Below are positions 40,405 to 49,551 of a stretch of 64,000 bases of DNA, one piece after another. The stretch lies in assembly GCA_037481815.1 (NCBI GenBank), contig JBBFKX010000001.1, positions 160,001-224,000 on the forward strand, read 5' to 3'. The number at the start of each line of letters is the position of its first letter. Position 1 is the stretch's first letter. The notes beneath the pieces are model-generated. The model searched no databases. It saw only the letters and a list, made by a program, of their open reading frames with translations, and had not been told where the DNA came from. The position numbers were made by a program, and so were the translations under genes. This DNA is from a candidate division WOR-3 bacterium (GTDB lineage Bacteria; Hydrothermota; 32-111).

Positions 40405-41302
40405 ATCTGTTTCCTTTTTTGAAATTTGTTAATGAGAAAATTATTAAAATGATTCCAATAAATTGGTATAGATTTAATTTTTCTTTCAATATGATTACTC
40501 CAAGTATTGAACCAAGAAGTGGTTTAAGAAAAAAGATCATAGATCCATCAACAACGTTTAACCTTTTAAAACCTTCATAGTAAAATAAGTATCCGCATCC
40601 CGTTACAAAAAAACCAAGATAAATTAAAAATAATAAATTTGAAATATTAAGATTTTTCAATAAAAAATTATTTTGATATAATATGAAAGGAAATAGTAAA
40701 ATTATCCCTGTAAAAAATGAAATAAAGTTTACTATGATCGGGCTGTTATTTTTTAAAAACCTTTTTGAAAGGAAAGTAAAAAGTGCAAAGAAAAATGATG
40801 ATAGTAGTCCAGTTATAGATGGAACATAACTTATTTCTTTAGTGATCTTTCGTGAGAATATGATAAGAAAAAATATACCTATAATACCTAAAAATATTTT
40901 GATCAATTTGATCCTGTCAAACTCTTTGAAAAACACAAGATTTAAAATATAAACAAAAATCGGATGACTTCCAATTAAAACAGCCGCTATCGATGCGTTC
41001 CCCCTTTCAACTGAATATTGTAAAAGAAGCATGGAGATGAAAATGTTCACAAAGCCAAGAGAGGAGAGTTTGAGAAATGTTTTCACATCCAGATTTTCTA
41101 ATTCTTTTTTCAAGTCCTTTTTAAAAACTATAAAAAAAATAAAAACAAATGTCCCTAAAAAAAATCTTAAAAAAGTTAACTGTATAAAATTGAAATCATT
41201 TGAAATTAATTTTGAAGTCAATTCCATAGTTGAAAATAAAAAAACAGAAACCGATAAAAATATTATACCAACCATATATGCATAATAAACCTCATCTTTC
41301 AT
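40364..41302 (-). CDS. DMT/EamA family transporter
   Basis: About 10 TM segments in two repeats; FLRF and LKE.L motifs; start could be the internal ATG at 41275. Confidence 0.85.
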   Translation of the reverse strand: MKDEVYYAYMVGIIFLSVSVFLFSTMELTSKLISNDFNFIQLTFLRFFLGTFVFIFFIVFKKDLKKELENLDVKTFLKLSSLGFVNIFISMLLLQYSVERGNASIAAVLIGSHPIFVYILNLVFFKEFDRIKLIKIFLGIIGIFFLIIFSRKITKEISYVPSITGLLSSFFFALFTFLSKRFLKNNSPIIVNFISFFTGIILLFPFILYQNNFLLKNLNISNLLFLIYLGFFVTGCGYLFYYEGFKRLNVVDGSMIFFLKPLLGSILGVIILKEKLNLYQFIGIILIIFSLTNFKKGNRFEDNNRIKKGNTN

Positions 41303-41382
41303 GTTGTCAACAAATTAAACGTTTGTAATGAAAAAATGCCCACCGTTTTAGTTATAAATTCTTTAAAATGATATCTTAAGTT

Positions 41383-41398
41383 TGGCATAAATAATGTT
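41383..41398 (+). promoter_or_regulatory. sigma54-like promoter (-24/-12)
   Basis: TGGCAT-AAATA-ATGTT (GG-N10-GT), about 30 nt before SD-bearing ATG 41428. Confidence 0.45.
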
Positions 41399-41427
41399 AT
41401 CAATTTAGTTAGTAAAAAGGAGAAATT

Positions 41428-42147
41428 ATGAAAATAGGAATTCTTGAAGACAGTGAAACTTTCGCTAACGCTTTGAGAGATATTCTTGTTCTAAAAAAAC
41501 ATGTTGTTCATCTTTTATACAAACATCCTTTGATGATCAGTAAAACTGATATAGAAAACCTTGATGTTTTAATCCTTGACATTTATTTGGGTTCAAATTA
41601 TGGAATCAACATTATAAATCAGTTGAAAAAAATGGATCTTTTCTTAACAATTGTTATCGTTACAGCAAGTCCAAATCAGAACTTGAAAGATATATTGAAA
41701 GGACTAGGTGTTCATTATTTGATCGAAAAACCTTTCCACTATGAGGAACTTGATGGTATTTTGAAGGAAATCGAAGAGTTTTATTTTATAATCGAAAATT
41801 TTCTCAAAGCGGAAGATCATGAAAAAAATATATTACTCTTAACCGATACTCCAAACGTCAAAATATTGAAAAGATTAAAGAGGTTGAAAATAGAGGAGTT
41901 TCTTGATTTTGATTTTGAAAATGATCAAGATAACAATTATTACCTCGAATTTTCATTACTTAACAACAGTGATCATATTTATAAAATAATTGATAAATTA
42001 AAATTTATTCAAAAAAGAAAAAAAATAGTTTTACATTTAAAAAACAGTATAGAAGAATTAAAATCTGAGTGTGATAAAAATCGAATTTTGAAAAATTTTA
42101 TACATGAAAAATGTTATCTTGTATCGAATTCCTTGAAAGTGTCATAA
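41428..42147 (+). CDS. Response regulator (REC + uncharacterised C-terminal domain)
   Basis: ILEDS, ILDIYL, VTA, EKPF REC signature. Confidence 0.8.
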   Translation: MKIGILEDSETFANALRDILVLKKHVVHLLYKHPLMISKTDIENLDVLILDIYLGSNYGINIINQLKKMDLFLTIVIVTASPNQNLKDILKGLGVHYLIEKPFHYEELDGILKEIEEFYFIIENFLKAEDHEKNILLLTDTPNVKILKRLKRLKIEEFLDFDFENDQDNNYYLEFSLLNNSDHIYKIIDKLKFIQKRKKIVLHLKNSIEELKSECDKNRILKNFIHEKCYLVSNSLKVS

Positions 42148-42275
42148 AAAAATGACTCTGTAATCCTTTTTTTCAAAAGCTTAAATCTCATAAATATAAT
42201 ATTTAAATCAAAAATTTTTGCTATTTACAAAAAAATTGATTTGTCATAAAATCATAACATAATAGATTTATGACA
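42140..42275. promoter_or_regulatory. Putative enhancer/activator sites (TGTCA/TGACA repeats)
   Basis: TGTCATAAAAAAATGACT (42140-42157), TGTCATAAAATCATAACA (42242-42259), TTTATGACA (42267-42275). Confidence 0.45.
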
Positions 42276-42283
42276 CTTATATT

Positions 42284-42299
42284 TGGCACTTTTCTTGTT
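42284..42299 (+). promoter_or_regulatory. sigma54-like promoter (-24/-12)
   Basis: TGGCAC-TTTTC-TTGTT versus consensus TGGCAC-N5-TTGCW; upstream of AAGGAGG SD and GTG 42326; a sigma54 activator is encoded in the same operon. Confidence 0.6.
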
Positions 42300-42325
42300 A
42301 TAAACAATATGGAAAAGGAGGAAAA

Positions 42326-43753
42326 GTGCAAAAGAAGATGAAGGTGTTGATCATCGATGATAACAGAGATCTTGCGAACTCATTGAAGGATGCACTTAAC
42401 AATTATTCTTCTGATTATGAATGTTTGGCTTTTTATGATGGAAATTCAGCGATGAATTATATTACCAACAATCCACCAGATGTTATTTTTACAGATATAA
42501 TTCTTCCCGATCAATCGGGTTTATCAATATTGAAAAGTGTGAAAGAAATGGATAGTGACATTCAGGTGATAGTTATGACAGCATATGCCTCACTTTCAAC
42601 TTCAATTGAAGCTTTGCAGTATGGTGCTTTTGATTATATACCAAAACCCTTACATATAAATCAGGTAATGAATGCTTTGAAGAGTGCAATAAATAAAAGA
42701 AACAGTTTACTTGAAAATAAAAAAATAATTGCTGATCTTATAAATAAAAAGGAAAAAAATCTCGAAAGCGATGAGTCAAGGAAGGTTATAGAAAGGTTGA
42801 TCCTCTTAAAGCAGTTCCAGAAAAAGATTTCTAAAATCAATGATATCCAGGAATTATTTAAAATTTCTTACCTTGAATTCTCAAAGATATTTTTAACTCA
42901 GTTTGTTTATTTCTTTTTGAAGGAGAGTAAAGGTTTTAAGAATATATGTGGGCCCTCTGTTGGAGAATTCAAGATTGGTGATATTGTTGATCCAAAATTG
43001 CCAATCTTTTTTGTTCCAGTTAAAAACAATATAGGATGTATTTTTGCTGGTTCAAAATCGATGACCTCAGTTATGAGTTATGAAAATGATATAATTGGAG
43101 TTGTTTATTTTAAAAGAGAAAATGATTTTGTTGATACGGATCTTGAAATCGCGGAAGTACTTTCGTTTGTGCTTGCAAACAAATTCTCTGAAATAAAATT
43201 GAACAAAAAATTGAAAACCACAAAATATGGACTTATTTATACATTGCTTACATTAACTGGACTTTCGGACAGTAATCAAAAAACCATGATAGAAAGAAGA
43301 GCAAAATACTGTGAAGATTTTGCAAAATTTTTAAAATTTGATGAAGAAAAAGTGGAAAAGATTAAATTCTCTTCAATGCTTTTCAATATCATACAGTCAT
43401 TTGTTAAGGACAAAAAAAATGGTTCCAAAGAGGTTTCAGAAAAATTTAAAAGTGTGATAGATGATATAGAATTTTTGAGAGAACTTGAACCGATAATCGA
43501 ATCGATAGGTGAAAACTACGATGGATCAGGATTCCCTAAAAGATTGAAAGGAGATGATATACCTGTTGAATCGCAGGTTATAAAATTGGTTCATACCTAT
43601 CTTCTTATGGTAGAAAACAAAAACTATAGGGATGGTGTTGGAAAAAGAAACGCTTTTGAAAACCTTGAAAAAATGTCTGAAAAGTATTTCAAAAAGAGTT
43701 TGGTTGAAAAATTTATAACTTTTTTGGAGCAATATGAAAGAACAAATTCTTGA
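42326..43753 (+). CDS. Response regulator with GAF-like region and degenerate HD-GYP domain
   Basis: REC (IIDD, FTD, MTA, GAFDYIPKP); C-terminal ENYDGSGFPKRLKGDDIP resembles HD-GYP but HD is absent. Confidence 0.8.
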   Translation: MQKKMKVLIIDDNRDLANSLKDALNNYSSDYECLAFYDGNSAMNYITNNPPDVIFTDIILPDQSGLSILKSVKEMDSDIQVIVMTAYASLSTSIEALQYGAFDYIPKPLHINQVMNALKSAINKRNSLLENKKIIADLINKKEKNLESDESRKVIERLILLKQFQKKISKINDIQELFKISYLEFSKIFLTQFVYFFLKESKGFKNICGPSVGEFKIGDIVDPKLPIFFVPVKNNIGCIFAGSKSMTSVMSYENDIIGVVYFKRENDFVDTDLEIAEVLSFVLANKFSEIKLNKKLKTTKYGLIYTLLTLTGLSDSNQKTMIERRAKYCEDFAKFLKFDEEKVEKIKFSSMLFNIIQSFVKDKKNGSKEVSEKFKSVIDDIEFLRELEPIIESIGENYDGSGFPKRLKGDDIPVESQVIKLVHTYLLMVENKNYRDGVGKRNAFENLEKMSEKYFKKSLVEKFITFLEQYERTNS

Positions 43754-43871
43754 TTATTTAAAGGGATTCCATGAAATATTTAGGGAATACGAGAAAGAGA
43801 GTGAAAATAAAAATTTTGACCTTATAAGGTTTTTTACCAACCTTGTTTCAGAAAAAAAAAATAAAAGTTGA
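43734..43871 (+). other. Probable true N-terminus of the PilB/GspE-like gene, put out of frame by an A10 run (43852-43861)
   Basis: GGAG-preceded ATG opens a 45-aa ORF; deleting one A joins it in frame to the 43843 ORF (...LVSEKKIKVDEKLAKLIEQNF...). Confidence 0.7.
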
Positions 43872-45834
43872 TGAAAAACTTGCAAAATTGATTGAGCAGA
43901 ATTTTAAAATCACATATCTTGATGCTGATAAGATTCAAATCACAGAAGGTTTATTATCTTTATTTATTCCGACATATATAAAAAAGAATAGATTTTTACC
44001 TTTTGAGGTTTCCCAGAAAAAGATTAAAATTATCACCGATAATCCTTTTAATCTTGAACTTATAAAAGATATTCAATTCATAACGAATCTTGATGTCGAT
44101 TTCTATATAACAACTACTGAAAGTTTGAACAAAAAGTTTATAGAAATTTTTGGACAGGAAAAATTTTCCTATGAACTTGATGAAAATGTCTTAAATGTTG
44201 ATGAGTATGAAACTCTTGAAGAAGAAGAGGCTTTAGAAGATGATGAACTGAACGCAAAACCTATCGTAAGGCTGATAAACTCAATAATAATAGATGCTAT
44301 CAAGTTGAACGCTTCAGATATTCATTTTGAACCTCAGTCAAACAATCTTGTCGTAAGATATAGAATTGATGGATTTTTACAGGAACATTTAAGGTTACCA
44401 AAAAAAATAGAAAAAAGAGTTATCTCGAGAATTAAAATAATGGCAAAGATGGATATAACGATTACAAGAAAAGCACAGGATGGAAATATACAGATTGTAG
44501 TATCACAAAAAGATATATCTTTAAGAGTGTCAACGATTCCAATAATGGATGGTGAAAAAATAGTTATTAGAATTCTCGATAAAAGCAAAATCAAAGTTTC
44601 TCTTGAACAACTCGGTTTAACAGAAGAAAATATAATGATAATCAGAAAGAATGCCAATAAATCTCAGGGAATAATTCTAGTAACCGGTCCCACCGGAAGT
44701 GGGAAAACAACAACTCTATACTCAATCTTACAGGAACTCGATTATAAACATTTGAACATCACAACAATAGAGGATCCTATCGAATATACGATTAAAGGTA
44801 TAAACCAGACTCAGATAGATCCGAAAAATAATGTAACGTTTTCTTCCGCATTAAGAACTCTATTAAGACAGGATCCGAATGTGATACTACTTGGAGAAAT
44901 TAGAGATACCGAAACAGCACAAACAGCTTTCAAGGGTGCAATAACAGGACACCTTCTGCTTTCAACCCTTCATACGAACAGTGAGGTTTCAACTTTGATA
45001 AGATTGAGGGATCTCGGAGTTGAACCGTATCTGATTTCTGATGCTTTACTTGTTGTTGTTGCACAGAGGATTGTAAGAAAAGTTTGTAAGTTCTGTTCAA
45101 CGAAAGTACATCCTGACGAAAGAGTAAGAAAAATTTTAAAAGTGGATGAAAATTTTGAAATATATCAGGAAAATAAAAATGGATGTGAAAAATGTAATTA
45201 TACTGGATTTTCGGGAATCATTGGTATCTTTGGAGTACTTGAAATAGATCAAAAGTTGAGAGAACTTATAGAAAAAGAATCGAACCTAAACGAGATAGTT
45301 TCATATCTTAAAAAAATAAACTATAAAACAGTATTTGATGATGGACTTGACAAGGTGAAAAATGGTATAACGACTTTCAGTGAAATTGAAAGGGTTCTTG
45401 ATGTTGATCGTTTTATAATTGAAAACAGTGTAATCTTCGAGACAGACTTTAAAGAAGGAAGTGAAAAAAAACGGATCCTTGTTGTTGATGATGTTAAAAC
45501 TATAAGAACTGTAATATGTGCACTCTTTAAATCTGAAGGATTTGAAACATTTGAAGCTGATAATGGTGTCAATGCTCTTGAAATTTTAAAAAACAATAGA
45601 ATAGATCTGGTGATAACGGACCTTTCAATGCCACAGATGGGAGGATTTGAACTGCTTGAAAAGATAAAAAACGATGAAAATTTAAACAGTATTCCGGTTG
45701 TAGTTTTGACTTCAAAATCCGATTCTGAAAATGAGATTGAAGGACTGTCAAAAGGAGCTGATGATTATATCCCCAAACCGATAGATCCTCAAAAGGTATT
45801 GCTAAGGGTAAAAAATATATTAAAAAGGAGTTGA
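43843..45834 (+). CDS. GspE/PulE/PilB-family secretion ATPase with C-terminal receiver domain (N-terminus frameshifted, see 43734)
   Basis: T2SSE N-domain; ASDIHFEP, RYRIDG, GPTGSGKTT, TIEDPIEY, LRQDPNVILLGEIRD, TGHLLLSTLH, CKFC/CEKC; C-terminal REC (VVDD, ITDLSMP, LTS, IPKP). Confidence 0.9.
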   Translation: MFQKKKIKVDEKLAKLIEQNFKITYLDADKIQITEGLLSLFIPTYIKKNRFLPFEVSQKKIKIITDNPFNLELIKDIQFITNLDVDFYITTTESLNKKFIEIFGQEKFSYELDENVLNVDEYETLEEEEALEDDELNAKPIVRLINSIIIDAIKLNASDIHFEPQSNNLVVRYRIDGFLQEHLRLPKKIEKRVISRIKIMAKMDITITRKAQDGNIQIVVSQKDISLRVSTIPIMDGEKIVIRILDKSKIKVSLEQLGLTEENIMIIRKNANKSQGIILVTGPTGSGKTTTLYSILQELDYKHLNITTIEDPIEYTIKGINQTQIDPKNNVTFSSALRTLLRQDPNVILLGEIRDTETAQTAFKGAITGHLLLSTLHTNSEVSTLIRLRDLGVEPYLISDALLVVVAQRIVRKVCKFCSTKVHPDERVRKILKVDENFEIYQENKNGCEKCNYTGFSGIIGIFGVLEIDQKLRELIEKESNLNEIVSYLKKINYKTVFDDGLDKVKNGITTFSEIERVLDVDRFIIENSVIFETDFKEGSEKKRILVVDDVKTIRTVICALFKSEGFETFEADNGVNALEILKNNRIDLVITDLSMPQMGGFELLEKIKNDENLNSIPVVVLTSKSDSENEIEGLSKGADDYIPKPIDPQKVLLRVKNILKRS

Positions 45835-47099
45835 TGTTGATTGCAAAAACAGTACAAAACATTATTGATATTCTTGAGAAAAATTATCATATTAACATTA
45901 CTCCTTCTTTAAACATCAAAATTCAGGATCTATACAATCTGGGAAAGATTCAAAACGAAGGTGATTTTGAAAAGATACTTTTTGCTCTTTACAATTATCA
46001 GAATATATTTTTTGAAAATGAAGAGATCTACAAATTAACAAAGAATCTTCTTGAAACAATCGATAATGATAATTTGAATATACTCATATTCTCTTCCGAT
46101 ATCGGCAGTTCACTCTTTTCCTTTGTAATTGATTGTGAACTTATCTTGAAAAATCTTAAAAAAAGAAAAAATGTTAACTATTTTGCCGTTTATCCATCAT
46201 TTTTTATCGTTGAAAGAATTAAGAATAACAGAATCGAGTACCAACAACTCATTAAAGCATCAGATGCTCAGTTGAAATATTTTATAGATATGATTGAAAA
46301 TTATATTTTAAGAAACGATATTTTAAACAGAGTTAATTTTGTGGTAGCAAATCCTTTCAACAATTCTTTAAGGAGTGAAAATTTTGATCTTATTATAGTT
46401 AACAATTTTTCAAAAATCTTTTTAAAAGACAAATTACAAAACTTTACGAAAGAAACATACAGGTTACTTAAAAATGGCTCTTATCTTATATGTGATTTTA
46501 AAGAAACCAATATTTTTTCTTCAGGAATTTTTGAGCAGTTAAACTATGAAGGGTATTACTATTTCAAAAAACCAGAGAGTGATGAATTTATAGTATCAGA
46601 TTATACTTTTGAAGATGCCTTGAACTTTTTCAAAGAAAAAAAATACAATGAATCGTTAGGAATATTGCAAGCATTGTTAGGGAAAGAAGAAGGTAATAAT
46701 ATCGAGATTCTGAAGTTGATGCTTCTTATTTACACAAGGTTAAATGACATTTTAAAAATAGAGTTTCTTGAAAAACAACTTGAAATAAATGAGATAAAAG
46801 ACCCAGATTTTGATTTCATCCTTGGTACGTTCTATTTTAATAAACTCAACTATTCGATTTCAAAACTTTATTTTCAGAAAACTCTATCTTCGAACCCGAA
46901 CAATATATATTCATTGTATTATCTTGCCCTGATTGATAAAATGGAAGGTAAGAAAAAATCATCGGTTGAAAATTTTAGAAAAATATTAAAATTTGTTAAG
47001 GAAAACAACTTTTATATTCCCATGATATATACAAAAGATATATCAACAGATATGATAATGTATATCGCTGAAAGTGAAATAGAAGGGGAGGAGAAATGA
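45831..47099 (+). CDS. Degenerate CheR-like methyltransferase fold + TPR repeats
   Basis: RVNFVVANPF...FDLIIVNNF...LLKNGSYLI resembles the CheR C-domain; C-terminal TPR-like helices (FILGTFYF...YFQKTLSSNPNN..SLYYLA). Confidence 0.5.
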   Translation: MMLIAKTVQNIIDILEKNYHINITPSLNIKIQDLYNLGKIQNEGDFEKILFALYNYQNIFFENEEIYKLTKNLLETIDNDNLNILIFSSDIGSSLFSFVIDCELILKNLKKRKNVNYFAVYPSFFIVERIKNNRIEYQQLIKASDAQLKYFIDMIENYILRNDILNRVNFVVANPFNNSLRSENFDLIIVNNFSKIFLKDKLQNFTKETYRLLKNGSYLICDFKETNIFSSGIFEQLNYEGYYYFKKPESDEFIVSDYTFEDALNFFKEKKYNESLGILQALLGKEEGNNIEILKLMLLIYTRLNDILKIEFLEKQLEINEIKDPDFDFILGTFYFNKLNYSISKLYFQKTLSSNPNNIYSLYYLALIDKMEGKKKSSVENFRKILKFVKENNFYIPMIYTKDISTDMIMYIAESEIEGEEK

Positions 47100-48157
47100 A
47101 ACAGATTCTTGTGTTTCAACTTGATAATCAGGAGATTTTAAAATCAGAAGAACTGAACAGACAGAATATTACTTTTGAAGAAGATTTAAAAAATCTTGAA
47201 ATGATAAAAAATGAAATAAAAATCGATCTTATTTTAACTTCATCAAAAAACCTTGATCTTGAAAATGGTAGGGGGTTCTTGAAAAAATTGTTTAACTGGA
47301 AAATCCCGGTTCTTGTTGTATTAGAAAAAGAAGAGAGTATCGATAAATACAAAGATCTATTTGAAGTGCCTTTTATTGACTTTATCTATGAAAACAATTT
47401 TGAAAACGATTTTGAATTCAAAATGGAAAAAATAATTGGAGTTAAAAATTATATAGTTTCATGTGAAAGTATGTCTTCTCTTCAACATGAGATAGGAAAA
47501 ATTTCAAAATTGTCTGTTGCTGGTGAACTCATATCAAGTATAAGTCATATGATCAATAATCCAGTAACTTCAATCGTTTTGCAACTTGATATGTTAAGGA
47601 TGGATAAAAATTGTCCAAAGGAACTCCATAAAAAAATAGATATGATCGAACAGAATGTCGACAGAATAGTTTCGATAGTATCAACTGTAAGAGAATTAAA
47701 ACTTGGAGTTTCTGAAAAAATGGAACTTGTCAACATTGAAGAGGAAACTGTAAAATTTTTCCCGATAATCAAAGATTATTTTATCAACCACAATGTTGAA
47801 ATTGAATACACATATGATAAAAAGATTCCACCAGTAAAGTTGCCATGTGGGTTTTTAAAATACATTTTTCTTGAGTTGATTCTTCTTTTGTTCCACAGGT
47901 GTGAAAAGGTCAAAGGAAACAGGATCATGGTGAGTTTTAAACTTTTAGAGGATAGCATCTATATCATTTTTAATACAAATTTTAAAACTGGTATAGAGAT
48001 GCTGTTTGAAAATGTAGAAGATGAGAGTAGCAGATCTGATGTTCTTACGATCAATTCGATTAAGTTTGATATAGAAAATGTTTCAGGTAAATTGATTTTT
48101 AAAGATTACGATTCGGGATCTGAGATAAAGGTCATTTTACCGTTACCTGCTATATAG
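47096..48157 (+). CDS. NtrB-like histidine kinase with degenerate REC and degenerate ATPase domain
   Basis: KLSVAGELISSISHMINNPVTSI H-box; N, G1 and G2 boxes not recognisable. Confidence 0.65.
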   Translation: MKQILVFQLDNQEILKSEELNRQNITFEEDLKNLEMIKNEIKIDLILTSSKNLDLENGRGFLKKLFNWKIPVLVVLEKEESIDKYKDLFEVPFIDFIYENNFENDFEFKMEKIIGVKNYIVSCESMSSLQHEIGKISKLSVAGELISSISHMINNPVTSIVLQLDMLRMDKNCPKELHKKIDMIEQNVDRIVSIVSTVRELKLGVSEKMELVNIEEETVKFFPIIKDYFINHNVEIEYTYDKKIPPVKLPCGFLKYIFLELILLLFHRCEKVKGNRIMVSFKLLEDSIYIIFNTNFKTGIEMLFENVEDESSRSDVLTINSIKFDIENVSGKLIFKDYDSGSEIKVILPLPAI

Positions 48158-48165
48158 GAGGTTTT

Positions 48166-49551
48166 ATGAAAATGAAAAATATACTCATAGTTGACGATGA
48201 TCCTTTTATTCTCCAATCGGTTGGAGAGATGCTTGTAGAAAATAAGTATAATGTTTATACATCATCAAATGGTAAAGAAATGTTTCAGATTTTGGAAAAG
48301 AATTCAGTTGATTTAATACTTCTTGATGTGAAGTTGCCTGATAGAACTGGAATAGAATATCTACCAGAATTGAAACATTTTTTTCCAGATATCCCCATAA
48401 TAATTATTACAGGTAATGCGGATATAAATGATGCCGTGAAAGCGATAAAAATGGGTGCATTTGATTATCTAAAAAAACCCTTTAAAGGAAAGGAATTACT
48501 GGTGAATATAGAAAAAGCTTTGAAATGGAACGAACTGATGATAAAAAATGAAATTTTACAGGAACAGGTTGAAAAGGAGTTCTCATTTCAGGGAATAATT
48601 GGAAAAAGTGATAAGATGAGAGATCTGATAAAAATGCTAAAACAGGTATCCAAGACAGATTCGAATGTTCTGATTACAGGTGAAAGTGGAACAGGTAAAG
48701 AACTCGTTGCAAAAGCGATACATTATTCTGGTAAAAGAAAAAATAGTCCATTTGTCCCAATAAACTGCGCATCTTTACCTGAAACATTGCTTGAAAGTGA
48801 ACTTTTTGGATATGTAAAAGGTGCTTTTACGGGTGCCTACAATAATAAAAACGGACTTTTCAAAGTTGCTGATATGGGAACAATATTCCTTGATGAAATT
48901 GGGGATATGCCTTTAAGTTTGCAGGCAAAAATTTTAAGAGTTATTGAGAGTGGTGAGTTCACTCCACTTGGTTCCACAAATGTGATAAAGACGGATGTAA
49001 GAATAATCTCGGCCACAAATGTTAATTTAAGAGACAGAATCCTTGAAAATAGATTCAGAGAGGATTTGTATTACAGGTTAAACGTAGTAAATATAAATAT
49101 ACCTCCTTTGAGGGATAGGAGAGAAGACATACTGCTGATAGCCGAGCATTTTCTTGAAAAGTACTGCATAAAGATGAACAAAAAGATTAAAGGTTTTTCG
49201 GAAGGTGTAAAAGAGGTCTTTTTAAGATACGATTGGCCGGGAAATGTCAGGGAACTTGAAAATGCGGTTGAGAGCAGTTGTGCTCTTACAACGGGTGATG
49301 TTATAGATGTTAAAAACCTTCCATCACATCTTTTTGGTAATGTCATGCATTCTAACAAAGTTGATTTTATTCCAATCAACAGACCTTTGAAAGAAACGAT
49401 GGATTATTATGAAAGGGAATATCTTGTTCAACTTTTAAAATTTTGCAATGGGAACATAACGAGGGCTTCTCAGATAGCACAGATCGCAAGGCAAAATCTT
49501 CATTCAAAATTAAAACTTTATAACATTAATGTAAAGGATTTTAGAAAATGA
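48166..49551 (+). CDS. sigma54-dependent response regulator (NtrC/AtoC family)
   Basis: REC + GESGTGKE, ESELFGYVKGAFTGA, FLDEIGD, FREDLYYRLNV, WPGNVREL + Fis-type HTH. Confidence 0.96.
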   Translation: MKMKNILIVDDDPFILQSVGEMLVENKYNVYTSSNGKEMFQILEKNSVDLILLDVKLPDRTGIEYLPELKHFFPDIPIIIITGNADINDAVKAIKMGAFDYLKKPFKGKELLVNIEKALKWNELMIKNEILQEQVEKEFSFQGIIGKSDKMRDLIKMLKQVSKTDSNVLITGESGTGKELVAKAIHYSGKRKNSPFVPINCASLPETLLESELFGYVKGAFTGAYNNKNGLFKVADMGTIFLDEIGDMPLSLQAKILRVIESGEFTPLGSTNVIKTDVRIISATNVNLRDRILENRFREDLYYRLNVVNINIPPLRDRREDILLIAEHFLEKYCIKMNKKIKGFSEGVKEVFLRYDWPGNVRELENAVESSCALTTGDVIDVKNLPSHLFGNVMHSNKVDFIPINRPLKETMDYYEREYLVQLLKFCNGNITRASQIAQIARQNLHSKLKLYNINVKDFRK

